From: an uncultured delta proteobacterium
GTDB lineage: Bacteria; Desulfobacterota; Binatia; JACPRU01
DNA length: 64,000 bases
Direction: 5' to 3'
NCBI GenBank assembly: GCA_963745025.1
Contig: CAVUWD010000011.1
Location: 544,001 to 608,000 of the forward strand
Part shown: positions 10,475-19,929 of the stretch, piece after piece
Layout: the number at the start of each line of letters is the position of its first letter
Numbering within the stretch: position 1 is the stretch's first letter
The notes under the pieces: model-generated
The model's database searches: none
The model's input: the letters and a program-made list of their open reading frames with translations, nothing else
Told to the model about the DNA's origin: nothing
Translations under genes and position numbers: made by a program

Positions 10475-10649
10475 CGCGCGACTCTGCCGGAACTCGCGGC
10501 GCAGATCGAGCCGCAGGGGGACGTTGCGGTCAGCGGCACGTCGAGAGGCGGCGACTGTTGCTGCCACGAGAGCGACGGTAGCCGCTCCCGCTCACCGGCG
10601 ATGGCCGAAACGAGCCGCCCGCGCTCCGTCGGCCGCAAGCGGACCTTGA

Positions 10650-11444
10650 TCAGAAGAAGACCAAGGTGCGCACCTCGATGCTCTCGCGGGGCGGGGCGTC
10701 GGCCGGCGAGGTCGGATCGTCGAACGCGCTGTGGGCCGTGAAGCGCGCGAGGGATCGGTCGGAGTCGTAACACTTGAGCATCATCGCCTCGTCCGACGTC
10801 ATCCTCGGGAAGTAGAACCAGCGATGGCTCGGGTGGAAGGTCAGTGAATAGACTTCGCCCCTGCGGTCGCGGTAGATGAGATCGGTTGGAACCAAGTCCT
10901 GCGGCCGAATGCTCCGCGCATCGCATACCGCGAGCGGGGCGCTCTCGACGGGTCCGCGAATCGGCTTCCACACGTTGACCACCGCAAAGCGCCCGCGAAG
11001 GAGCGCCTCGGCTTCCTCCGCGAGCAAATCACGCACCCGCTGCGGGCCGGAGCTCTCGGTGTAGTCGTTATGGGCGAAGCGTACGGGCTCCTTGGCGAGG
11101 TTCTCGGCCGGCTCGGACTTCGTCGAGGCGCGCACGTTGTGGTCGAAGGCAAGCACCCGCGAGGCGCCCGTCACCCGCTTCACGAGCGCCTCGACCTCGC
11201 GGTAATAGACCTCGCGCACCGCCTGCGGATCGTAGAGATCCTCGGCCGCCGTGACGTGAGGAGCGAGGGCGAATCCTTCCTCGTCGAGCGAGAGCCGAGG
11301 AGAGATCTCTCGACCGTCTTCGATCGCCACCCTCCGACGATCCCCACGGGCGTTGCGCCACGCGGTACCCGCGGGCGGCTCGTAGAGATAGTAGTAGGGC
11401 CGCTCCGCCATCGGCGCCAAGTAGTTCAGCGTGGCTTCCACCAT
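10650..11444 (-). CDS. CmcJ/NvfI (AsaB-like) family oxidoreductase
   Basis: FDHNVR, AHNDYT, NVWKPIRGPV..PLAVCD, HSAFDDP, RESIEVR motifs. Confidence 0.85.
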   Translation of the reverse strand: MVEATLNYLAPMAERPYYYLYEPPAGTAWRNARGDRRRVAIEDGREISPRLSLDEEGFALAPHVTAAEDLYDPQAVREVYYREVEALVKRVTGASRVLAFDHNVRASTKSEPAENLAKEPVRFAHNDYTESSGPQRVRDLLAEEAEALLRGRFAVVNVWKPIRGPVESAPLAVCDARSIRPQDLVPTDLIYRDRRGEVYSLTFHPSHRWFYFPRMTSDEAMMLKCYDSDRSLARFTAHSAFDDPTSPADAPPRESIEVRTLVFF

Positions 11445-11461
11445 CGGATCCCTCCGCGGCC

Positions 11462-11965
11462 TCAAGAACCGCCGCCCTCGAGGCCGCCGTCGCCGTATCT
11501 CGTCGCTGCGCCTTCACCGCCCGGGCCGAGACGCCCTCCGGGGCCGAGATGGCCCTTGCCGGGGACATGATTCACTTCGACGCGGATGCCGTCTGGATCC
11601 TCGAACAGCACGGAATAGTAGCCGGGTGCGAACTGCGAGCCGTCTTCGGGCGGATGCACGACGCGGGCGCCGAGCTCCTCGACGACGAAGCGATGGACCG
11701 CGTCGACGTCTTCCCGGCGCCGGGCGCGGAAGCAGAGATGATGAAGCCCGGAGCGCAGCTGGTCGAAAGGAGTGCGGTCCTTCCCCGGGGGTACCCCGCG
11801 CACCAGGATGCCGGTGCGGCTACCGATGCAGTAGACGGTGTCCTCGCTCTTGATGAGCGTCTTCATCTCGAGGAAATGACAGAGCTTCTCCCAAAAGGGC
11901 AGGCCGCGCGCGGGGTCGTTCACGGTCAACTGGATGTGTGCGATGCCGTTCAGCTCGACGCTCAT
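11462..11965 (-). CDS. VOC/glyoxalase family protein
   Basis: IAHIQLTV, GLHHLCFRA, YYSVLFEDPDGIRVE. Confidence 0.9.
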   Translation of the reverse strand: MSVELNGIAHIQLTVNDPARGLPFWEKLCHFLEMKTLIKSEDTVYCIGSRTGILVRGVPPGKDRTPFDQLRSGLHHLCFRARRREDVDAVHRFVVEELGARVVHPPEDGSQFAPGYYSVLFEDPDGIRVEVNHVPGKGHLGPGGRLGPGGEGAATRYGDGGLEGGGS

Positions 11966-11977
11966 GCGGCCTCTCTC

Positions 11978-12077
11978 GGGGACGTTCTTGACCTTCGTAA
12001 CCTTGGTCGCTCTCTCCTTACAGGATTTCGGCAACGCGAGGAACGCGACGAAGCTTACGAACGTCAGGAACGTCCCC
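11978..12077. repeat. Long imperfect inverted repeat (33-bp arms with 9-bp periodicity), REP-like
   Basis: GGGGACGTTCTTGACCTTCGTAACCTTGGTCGC ... GCGACGAAGCTTACGAACGTCAGGAACGTCCCC, 4 mismatches, between divergent genes. Confidence 0.75.
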
Positions 12078-12124
12078 ACTTCGGCGACTTGCCCGAACAC
12101 TCGGATGGATCGTACGATGAGCCC

Positions 12125-13960
12125 ATGCCGGCCGATCCATCGAAGACGACGAAACGCCGGCTCGCGGCCGTCGTCAGCGCAGACGCCGTCGGCTACTCGC
12201 GCCTGATGAGCGAGAACGAGGAAGCGACGATCGCCGCCCTCGGAAAGGCGCGGGAGATCTTTCGCAGCCAAATCGCCAGCCACGAGGGCCGAGTCGTCGA
12301 TACCGCAGGCGACAGCGTGCTGGCGGTCTTCGACAGCGTGGTCGAGGCGCTGCGGTCCGCGGTCGAGATCCAGGACGAACTTCGGCAACGAAGTGAGGGC
12401 GTACCGGACGCCCGCCGCATGAGCTTCCGGATCGGCGTGAACGTCGGGGATCTCGTCGAGCAGAGCGACGGAACGGTCTACGGCGACGGAGTAAACATCG
12501 CCGCGCGCCTCCAGGCGCTCGCCGAGCCCGGTGGAATCTGCGTCTCGGAGCTCGCGTGCACACAGGCGAGAAACAAGCTCGAGGCGCGCTTCGACTTTCT
12601 GGGCGAGCAGCAGGTGAAGAACATTCCCGAGCCCATCCGGGCCTACCGCTTGCTCCCGGGGGATCGAGGAACGAGTGCCGAACCCGCATTCCTCTCCTCG
12701 AAGCCTTCGATCGCGGTCTTGCCCTTCGACAACATGAGCGCCGACCCCGAGCAGGAGTATTTTTCGGACGGAATCACCGAGGATTTGATCACGGCGCTAT
12801 CGCGTATCCGCTGGCTGTTCGTGGTCGCGCGCAACTCCACCTTCACCTACAAGGGGAAGGCCGTCGACGTGAAGCAGGTCGCGCGTGAGCTCGGCGTCCG
12901 CTACGTCCTCGAGGGCAGCGTGCGGAAGGGAGGGGGTCGAGTGCGGATAACCGCTCAGCTGATCGACGCCACCACCGGAAGCCACGTCTGGGCCGAGCGC
13001 TACGACCGCGAGCTGGCCGACGTCTTCGCGGTCCAGGATGAGATCACCGAGACGATCGCCGCGGCCATCGAGCCCGAACTCGCCCAATTCGAGCGCGACC
13101 GCGCGCGGCGGAAACCTCCGGAGAGCCTCGATGCATGGGACCTCTACCAGCGCGGCCTCTGGCACGTCTGGCAATTCAGCCCGCGCGACAATGAGGAGGC
13201 GCACCGGCTGCTCGAACGCGCGACGTCTCTCGACACGACCTTTGCGCAGTTCTTTTCCGCGCTCGCGCTCTGCCGCTTCCAGGATCACGCGTTCATGTTC
13301 CACTCGACCGAGAACATCCTCGACAAGGCGCTCGAGGCAGCCCGCAGGGCCGTGGCGCTCGACGACAAGGACGCGACGGGCCACGCGGTGCTCGGACGGA
13401 TCTATACGGCTCGCGGCGAGCACACCTCGTCGATCGCCGAGCTCGAGACGGCGCTGCGTCTGAATCCGAGCCTCAGCTGGGCTCACTACGGTCTTGGCAT
13501 GGCCCTGGTATTCATGGGGCGCGCCGAGGAGGGCATCCGCGAGGTGGACTTGGCCGAGCGCTTGAGCCCGCACGATCCCAACGTGTGGCTATTCGAGATG
13601 CTCCGGGCGTGGGGCTTCATCTCGCTCGGCGATTTCGAGCGGGCGAGGGAGCAAGCGGAGCGGTCGGTCCGCCGCCCGATGGCGGCGTTCCCGGCATGGG
13701 CGACGCTCGCATCGGCGCTGGGGCATCTCCGCCGGATCGACGAGGCGCGGAGCGCCCTCGCCAAGACGCGCGAGCTGCAACCGGATTTCTCGCCGCAGCT
13801 CTTCGACCGCATCTGGCCGAACATGGACGCCGTGTTCTTCGAACGCTACATCGACGGGCTCCGCCTGATCGATCCCACGATCCCGGACCCGCGGTTGGCC
13901 ACCAGCCGGCCAGCTTTCCGTTCGATCACCGGTCCCACCTCTGGTAGTCGCAGCGAATGA
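12125..13960 (+). CDS. Class III adenylate/guanylate cyclase with TolB-like and TPR domains
   Basis: RRLAAVVSADAVGYSRLM, FRIGVNVGD, GDGVNIAARL, KPSIAVLPFDNMS, TPR-like C-terminus. Confidence 0.92.
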   Translation: MPADPSKTTKRRLAAVVSADAVGYSRLMSENEEATIAALGKAREIFRSQIASHEGRVVDTAGDSVLAVFDSVVEALRSAVEIQDELRQRSEGVPDARRMSFRIGVNVGDLVEQSDGTVYGDGVNIAARLQALAEPGGICVSELACTQARNKLEARFDFLGEQQVKNIPEPIRAYRLLPGDRGTSAEPAFLSSKPSIAVLPFDNMSADPEQEYFSDGITEDLITALSRIRWLFVVARNSTFTYKGKAVDVKQVARELGVRYVLEGSVRKGGGRVRITAQLIDATTGSHVWAERYDRELADVFAVQDEITETIAAAIEPELAQFERDRARRKPPESLDAWDLYQRGLWHVWQFSPRDNEEAHRLLERATSLDTTFAQFFSALALCRFQDHAFMFHSTENILDKALEAARRAVALDDKDATGHAVLGRIYTARGEHTSSIAELETALRLNPSLSWAHYGLGMALVFMGRAEEGIREVDLAERLSPHDPNVWLFEMLRAWGFISLGDFERAREQAERSVRRPMAAFPAWATLASALGHLRRIDEARSALAKTRELQPDFSPQLFDRIWPNMDAVFFERYIDGLRLIDPTIPDPRLATSRPAFRSITGPTSGSRSE

Positions 13961-14065
13961 ACGATTGCGCTAGGAAGCTCGTTTTTCGATGAACACGTGA
14001 AACACGGGTCATCGTCGCCGTCGCGCATTTCGGTTGCGGCGAGGCGGCGCGGAAGGGAGAACGAC

Positions 14066-14935
14066 ATGGAGATCGCTGTCGTCACCGGCACCAGTACGGG
14101 CATCGGGTTCGCAACCAGCGTGCGTCTGGCGCGTCATGGCTATCGGGTGTTCGCCGGCATGCGGAACCTCGGCAAGGCCGAGCCGTTGCGCGCTGCAGCT
14201 GCCGAGGCAAGCCTGCCGATCGAAGTGATCGAGCTCGACGTCACCTCGGCGGCCTCGGTCGATCGCGCCTTCGAGGCGGTATCGGGGCACGGCGCGGTCG
14301 ACGTGCTCGTCAATAATGCCGGGATCGGCGGCGCAACTCCGCTCGAGCTCACTCCGGAGGACGAGCACCGGCACATATTCGAGACCAACTACTTCGGAGC
14401 GATCCGCTGCATCAAGGCGGTACTGCCCGCGATGCGCGAGCGGCGGCGAGGCGCCATCGTGAACGTCAGCTCGATCGCCGGCCTCGTCACCATCCCGAAT
14501 CAGATTCCCTATTGCGCCTCGAAGTGGGCGCTCGAGTGCGCGGGCGAAGCGCTTGCCCACGAAGTTGCCCGCTTCGGCATCCGCGTGGTGAACGTAGAGC
14601 CCGGCGTCGTGAAGACGAACATCTTCGACAACTCGGCCGAAGCAACCCGGTACGACAAAGCGTCTCCGTACCAGCCGATCATGCGGCGCAACGGAAAGTT
14701 TTACGCGGCCGGCTTTCGCGATCCCGCCTGGCCCGACGAGGTGGCCGAGACGATCCTCGCCGCCATCACCAGCGACGAGTACCGCCTCCGCTGGCCCGTT
14801 GGTAAGGACGCGATCAGTTTTTCCGAGGGCCGGCGCAAGATCCGCGACGAGACCTGGATCGCGATGGGCGGTGAGCTGTCCGACCAGGACTACAACCAGC
14901 GCTTCTTCGACTATTTCGGGATTCGGCTGACCTAA
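14066..14935 (+). CDS. SDR family oxidoreductase
   Basis: TGTSTGIG, NNAG, YCASK. Confidence 0.93.
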   Translation: MEIAVVTGTSTGIGFATSVRLARHGYRVFAGMRNLGKAEPLRAAAAEASLPIEVIELDVTSAASVDRAFEAVSGHGAVDVLVNNAGIGGATPLELTPEDEHRHIFETNYFGAIRCIKAVLPAMRERRRGAIVNVSSIAGLVTIPNQIPYCASKWALECAGEALAHEVARFGIRVVNVEPGVVKTNIFDNSAEATRYDKASPYQPIMRRNGKFYAAGFRDPAWPDEVAETILAAITSDEYRLRWPVGKDAISFSEGRRKIRDETWIAMGGELSDQDYNQRFFDYFGIRLT

Positions 14936-15118
14936 CCTCGAAGCGAACATACTTGAACCCGTAGAGCGTGCCGAGCCCGCACTCGACTCGGCCGCCACGA
15001 GCTTCTACCGAGGCACCTCCAAAGACGGCCTCGCGACTCATTTGGCGCTCGCGACGCGTCCCAGTCGGGCGCGGGCTCGGCGCGCTTCTTGGCCGCAATT
15101 ATTTTCGCTTCAAAGGGT
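14933..15118 (+). mobile_element. MITE/REP-like dispersed element, copy 1
   Basis: Homologous to 27887-28045; left end CCTCGAAGCGAACATA and right end TATTTTCGCTTCAAAGG form imperfect terminal inverted repeats. Confidence 0.55.
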
Positions 15119-15181
15119 CAAGGGCGCGAAATCTCCTCTCCGGGAAGAGCGAAGATTATTCGTGGACCCGAGGAGGCGCGC

Positions 15182-15769
15182 TCAGCGCATCGAGGTGCTC
15201 GTGCCGATCTTCTCCTGGTAAACGAGGATTTCAATGCGGCGGTTCTCGCGTCGGCCCGTGAGGGTCTTGTTGTCGGCGATCGGCTTCGAGTTGCCGTAGG
15301 AGACCACGTGGACTCGCAGCGGATCCACGCCCTTCTCGCTCACTAGATAGCCTGCGACCCGCTCGGCGCGACGCTGTCCGAGCTCGTAGTTGTAGTCGGG
15401 TTTGCCACTGCTATCGGTATGGCCGGCAACCACGAAAACGCGCTCGGCGGGCGCCTCGGCTGTCCCGCTTCGCTCCTCGAGCTCCTTCAAGAAGCGGTCG
15501 ATCTCGCTCTTCGCGTGTCCGGAAAGGCCGGCAGAGTTGAACCCGAAGGTGGCGCCCTCCTTCATGCCGAGCACCATCTTCTTCTCGAGCTGCAGATGCT
15601 CGAGGCCGGCGAGTGCATGATCAGCCTTGGCATCGACCGTGCCGAGCCGCGCGTTCACGGGATCGAGCTGGGCCCGTACCCAGTCGCGGGTGGCGACGCA
15701 GCCCGACGCGCAGACCAAGGCGGTGACGGAGATGAGACAAAGAGCCGAGCTCGTGGTCCATCGGGACAT
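15182..15769 (-). CDS. OmpA-family peptidoglycan-binding lipoprotein
   Basis: Lipobox ASGC, GHTDSSG..YNYELGQRRA, RRENRRIE; GGAGG RBS. Confidence 0.9.
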   Translation of the reverse strand: MSRWTTSSALCLISVTALVCASGCVATRDWVRAQLDPVNARLGTVDAKADHALAGLEHLQLEKKMVLGMKEGATFGFNSAGLSGHAKSEIDRFLKELEERSGTAEAPAERVFVVAGHTDSSGKPDYNYELGQRRAERVAGYLVSEKGVDPLRVHVVSYGNSKPIADNKTLTGRRENRRIEILVYQEKIGTSTSMR

Positions 15770-15994
15770 AGCTGACCTCCCTTTCGGAATCGACGTCGAT
15801 GGCCCCTTAAACACCGAGGAACGCCCCCAGGATGCGGTCGGTAACCGTCTTCAACACCCGCTGCGCTCCCGCGGTTGCAGCTGCCACCCGCTCCGGCAGC
15901 TCGCGACCTCCTGCTTCTCTGTCACTTCGTGGACCAGAACTGGGTCGGGCTGAGAGGCCTCGGGGTCGACCGCGAGGCGGGGTGACGAAGGCTT

Positions 15995-16390
15995 CTACGC
16001 TTGCGTCGTCCCGCCCAAGTATAGCGAGAGGAGGTCGAGTAGTTCGCTGGCGACGATCGGCTTCGCGAGATGCGCGTTGCACCCGGCCGCGAAGACGTTG
16101 CCACGGTCATGATCGAATAACCGAGCCGTGACCGCAATGATCGGTACCTTTTTCCAAGCGTCCTGCTGGCGCAGCGATCTCGCGAGAGAAAGGCCGTCCT
16201 CGCCGCCCGCAAGCGTGAGGTCGAGGAGAATCGCGTTCACCTTGTTGACGTGCGTTGCGAGGAGCTTGCGGGCCTTCGCCGCGGTTTCGGCCACCAGGAC
16301 GGAGTACTTGTTACGCGTCAGGATCGTCTTGAAGAGTTGCCTTGCGTCGTCGTCATCCTCGACGATCAGGACATAGTTGTCTTCCATCAT
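15995..16390 (-). CDS. Single-domain response regulator (CheY/DivK-like)
   Basis: LIVEDD, ILLDLTL, IIAVTA, AKP. Confidence 0.88.
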   Translation of the reverse strand: MMEDNYVLIVEDDDDARQLFKTILTRNKYSVLVAETAAKARKLLATHVNKVNAILLDLTLAGGEDGLSLARSLRQQDAWKKVPIIAVTARLFDHDRGNVFAAGCNAHLAKPIVASELLDLLSLYLGGTTQA

Positions 16391-16729
16391 GCGTAGCTCT
16401 GGCTTTTCCGCCGGACACCCATGAGCCTCTCGCTAGCAAGAAATATGCCAGAAGATTACCGAAAAGATGGGCCCAAAGAAAACCAAGAAGTTACGGAGTC
16501 AACCCGCCCGGGAGGATCGACAAGATTGCGGCGCGCCGTACGCACTTCTTGCGACCATGGGCCGGGTTTCAGAGCTCCCGTGCGCTCAGCGCGGTTCCGA
16601 GAGTACTTCGTGACGGTAACGCGAGCCGCCGGCAAATTGCCGTAGGATGACGGCGCCACTGACGGAGCCACGCATCGAGCAGAAGAGGATCGAGGCCTCC
16701 CTGGCGGCTTCTCGAAATGTACGCGCTTC

Positions 16730-16914
16730 GTGCGCGACGTGGTTGCGAAACCCGGAAGCGGCCTCACGGTCGCGGGCGTGATGGCCGTCTTTGAAGTACA
16801 CCTCGCGCGCTTCACGCATCCGCGCGAGATCGTGTCCTCAACTCCTTGCCGCGCAACGTCATCGGCAAGGTGCTGGAATACGAGCTGCGCGCCCGCGCGC
16901 GTGCCGCGAGCTAG
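16730..16914 (+). pseudogene. C-terminal remnant of an AMP-binding (acyl-CoA synthetase) enzyme
   Basis: VVAKPGSGLT..HLARFTHPREIV / frameshift / LNSLPRNVIGKVLEYELR matches the adenylation-enzyme LPRNxxGK motif. Confidence 0.6.
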
Positions 16915-16925
16915 CTTCGCTTAGT

Positions 16926-17114
16926 TTAGTTGGTGGCGGCGCCGTTGCCCGCGTAGCGGTCGCTCGGGGGCAAGGTATTGTCGGAGGAAATCGCCGGCTT
17001 CGTCATCTCGGCCATCGCCGGCCGCACCGGTCCCTGGGTGGTCACGTAGTAGATCGCTCCGCCGATTGCCGCGAGCGCCGCAACGATGGGGAGTACTCTC
17101 TGCAAGGTCTTCAT
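16926..17114 (-). CDS. Small 62-aa membrane-anchored or secreted protein
   Basis: MKTLQRVLPIVAALAAIGGAIYYVT...; AAGGAG RBS. Confidence 0.6.
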   Translation of the reverse strand: MKTLQRVLPIVAALAAIGGAIYYVTTQGPVRPAMAEMTKPAISSDNTLPPSDRYAGNGAATN

Positions 17115-17140
17115 GTCCGTTCTCCTTTTCCTGATTTGCG

Positions 17141-17476
17141 CTATCCGCGATCCGAGATCGCGCGAGATTGTAGGCTTCTTGGCGGGAACGCTGGGCGAAG
17201 GTGCGCCCGCTGCTCCGTCTCGCGGCGAATCCACTCGCGAAGGAAGGCGGGACAGCGCTCGAGAACCACGCCACGACCGGCGCGGAGGGCGAGAAGCTCC
17301 ACCGCTTCGCGATCCGCAAGCGTGACCCCTCCGAGATCGAGGCTGACCCGCCGACCGGACTCGAGCGCTTCGTCGAGCAGCCGTTCGAGCATCACGAGAT
17401 GCTCCTCGGAGATCTTCCCCGTGAGGCGAAGAATTACGTCGGCGGGAGTTTCGAGCGCGGTTTCGATTCGCAGCAC
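17141..17476 (-). CDS. STAS-like small protein
   Basis: MLRIE..ILRLTGKI..LDLGGVTLADREAV..CPAFLREWI pattern; lies downstream of a sigma54 promoter. Confidence 0.7.
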   Translation of the reverse strand: MLRIETALETPADVILRLTGKISEEHLVMLERLLDEALESGRRVSLDLGGVTLADREAVELLALRAGRGVVLERCPAFLREWIRRETEQRAHLRPAFPPRSLQSRAISDRG

Positions 17477-17488
17477 AGACCTAGATAA

Positions 17489-17504
17489 TCCAACAATCGT
17501 GCCA
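17489..17504 (-). promoter_or_regulatory. Sigma54 -24/-12 promoter
   Basis: TGGCACG-ATTG-TTGGA, next to a sigma54 activator gene. Confidence 0.6.
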
Positions 17505-17586
17505 GCAAATTTCGTTGCATTTCTGGCCTTCCGAGGCTGCGAATCACGAGAGACCGTGAAGATTCACGATCAGTCGTAACGAAAGG

Positions 17587-17647
17587 GCTACGGGCTACTA
17601 CGGGAAAGACGCCGAGAAGCCTTTTCCCGAAGCCTGTAGCCGGTAGC
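17587..17647. repeat. Inverted repeat (REP-like or terminator) after the activator gene
   Basis: GCTACGGGCTAC..CGGGAAAG / TTTTCCCG..GTAGCCGGTAGC. Confidence 0.55.
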
Positions 17648-17653
17648 TTCCTA

Positions 17654-19282
17654 TCATCCCCGAAAGCGCTGCTTGTCGATCCGGTAGCGCTTGATCATCG
17701 ACTCTAGCGTCGTCGCGGGGACACCGAGCTTCGCGGCCGCGCCGCGCGACCCGGAGACTTGTCCGCGGCATTCGGCGAGCGCCTTCTCGATCAGCTGTTT
17801 TTCGTTCTGGCGAAGGCCGTTGGGCGCCGACTCTGCGACCGATGCATCGCCCGCCGCGCTCGTCTGGTGGCCCGCGCCAGGCGCCGCGGCGACGTGGAGA
17901 TCGGCCTCTTCCACGCGGAGCACGCCGCCCTCGGCGAGGATCGCCGCGCGCTCGATGACGTTCTGCAGCTCGCGCACGTTTCCCGGCCACGGATAGGCAA
18001 CCAGCCGTTCCATCGTGCGACGGTCGACGCTCTCGAGCCTCTTGCCGAGTCGAGCGGCGTAGCGCGCCGCGAAGTATTCGACGAGCATGGGGATGTCGTC
18101 CTTGCGACTGCGCAGCGGCGGCATCGCGATCGGGAAGACATTCAGCCGATAGAAGAGATCCTCCCGGAAACGCCCCGAGGCCACGGCCGCCGCCAGATCG
18201 CGGTTCGTGGCAGTGATCACCCGCGCGTTGGTGCGGATCGTCTGCGATTCGCCGACGCGCTCGAACTCGCCTTCCTGGAGCACGCGCAGCAGCGCGATCT
18301 GCATCTCGGGGGAGAGCTCGCCGATCTCGTCGAGAAAGATCGATCCGTTCCTGGCGAGCTCGAAGCGGCCGATCCGCCGTGCGAGCGCGCCGGTGAAAGC
18401 GCCCTTCTCGTGCCCGAAGAGCTCCGAGGCGATCAACGCCTCCGGCAGGGCCGCGCAGCTGACCTTGATGAGCGCCCGTGCCGAGCGATCCGAACGGCGG
18501 TGAATGGCGCGCGCGATCAGCTCCTTTCCGGTGCCCGTCTCGCCGGTGATCAGCACGGTCGATTTCGTGCGCGCGACCTTGTCGACGCGCGCGAGCACCG
18601 TCTGCAGGACCGACGAGGAGCCGACGATCTCCTCGAACATCGATTCCTGATCGATCTCTTCACGCAGAACGAGATTCTCCTGCTGGACCTCGTCTTTCAG
18701 GCGGCGGATCTCCTCGTAGGCGAGCGAGTTCGCGACCGCCATCGCCATCGGCCGCGCCACGTCCTCGAGAATCGCCACCTCCTCCGGCATGAAGCGCCGC
18801 GGCGACATGCGCGTGAAGATGATCGCTCCGATCAGGCGATCGCGGACGAAGAGCGGGGCGCGCACGTAACAGCGAACACCCATCGCGACGAGCTGCTGGT
18901 CCTCCGGAAACCGCATCTCCGCTTCGAGGTCTTCGCCGACGTACGCCCGGCCCGTCCGGGCCACCAGGGCGACTGCCGAGCCCGCGAGCGGAAAGTAGGT
19001 CGGGACCTGTTCGGGAGTGACGTTGAAGCCTCGGGCCGCGGCATCGACGAACGTCTCGCCGCTCCTGCGCAGGTGACCGACGACGTGAATCCCGTGCGCG
19101 CGCACCAGCTCGCCGTCGACCGTTGCCACTCCGATCGCGTCCACCGGCACGATCGCTCCGAGCACGCGGGCGACGGCCTCGAGCACGCCGACGAAGTCGA
19201 GCTGCGCGTTGGCAGCCTCGGACACCTCGAGCAGGATTCGGTACTTCTCCTCCGCGGAGGAGTGTCTTTCTTCGATCGCCAT
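17654..19282 (-). CDS. GAF-domain sigma54-dependent activator (FhlA-like)
   Basis: N-terminal GAF, GETGTGKE, GAFTGA, WPGNVRELQN, C-terminal HTH. Confidence 0.93.
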   Translation of the reverse strand: MAIEERHSSAEEKYRILLEVSEAANAQLDFVGVLEAVARVLGAIVPVDAIGVATVDGELVRAHGIHVVGHLRRSGETFVDAAARGFNVTPEQVPTYFPLAGSAVALVARTGRAYVGEDLEAEMRFPEDQQLVAMGVRCYVRAPLFVRDRLIGAIIFTRMSPRRFMPEEVAILEDVARPMAMAVANSLAYEEIRRLKDEVQQENLVLREEIDQESMFEEIVGSSSVLQTVLARVDKVARTKSTVLITGETGTGKELIARAIHRRSDRSARALIKVSCAALPEALIASELFGHEKGAFTGALARRIGRFELARNGSIFLDEIGELSPEMQIALLRVLQEGEFERVGESQTIRTNARVITATNRDLAAAVASGRFREDLFYRLNVFPIAMPPLRSRKDDIPMLVEYFAARYAARLGKRLESVDRRTMERLVAYPWPGNVRELQNVIERAAILAEGGVLRVEEADLHVAAAPGAGHQTSAAGDASVAESAPNGLRQNEKQLIEKALAECRGQVSGSRGAAAKLGVPATTLESMIKRYRIDKQRFRG

Positions 19283-19380
19283 GAAGCGCGCGGATTGTAG
19301 CTCAAAATGCGGCCGTTGGGATTGCGCCGCGAGCGCACGAACGAAGTTCCATGGCCGTCAGCTCCCGGGGCGGGAGCGCG

Positions 19381-19929
19381 TCACACCCCGCTGCGATCGA
19401 GCAGCGCCATCGCCCGCCCATAGGCGTCTTGGAAGGGGTCCGGGTGGCGGCCCTCGCCGGCTCTCGGGCGGACGCCACCCACCAGGAAATAGAGGCTCTG
19501 CACGAGGAAGAAACCCCAGAGTGCGAGCACGAGCGCGACTAGGGAGTGACCGATGAGGAAGCGTGCGAAGATGAGGCCCCCGCCGACGAGGACGGCTTCG
19601 GTGATCGCGGCGCGCACCGCCGTCGGCTGGTAGAGAATGGCGCTGCGGCCGATGGCGAGAAGAGCACCGAGTCCGAGCACGAGCTCGGTCGTCGTCCGTG
19701 CCGCGAGGGCGACACCCACTGCGGCGCAGGCCGCGGCCACGAAGACGGCGACTCGGCGGCCTCGCCTCGGCGCGACACCGCCGAGGTACGCGGACACCAC
19801 GCCGATGAGGTAGAGAACGAGCGCCTGCTCCGCGCCGAAGATTGGCCGCGCGAGCATCAGCCACGGGAGAACGCCGCCTGCCGCGAGCGCCGCGAAGAGA
19901 ACGCTCCTCGCGAAGTTGTTGCAGCGCAT
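19381..19929 (-). CDS. Multi-pass membrane protein
   Basis: About 6 hydrophobic segments; start overlaps the PspA-family stop. Confidence 0.75.
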   Translation of the reverse strand: MRCNNFARSVLFAALAAGGVLPWLMLARPIFGAEQALVLYLIGVVSAYLGGVAPRRGRRVAVFVAAACAAVGVALAARTTTELVLGLGALLAIGRSAILYQPTAVRAAITEAVLVGGGLIFARFLIGHSLVALVLALWGFFLVQSLYFLVGGVRPRAGEGRHPDPFQDAYGRAMALLDRSGV

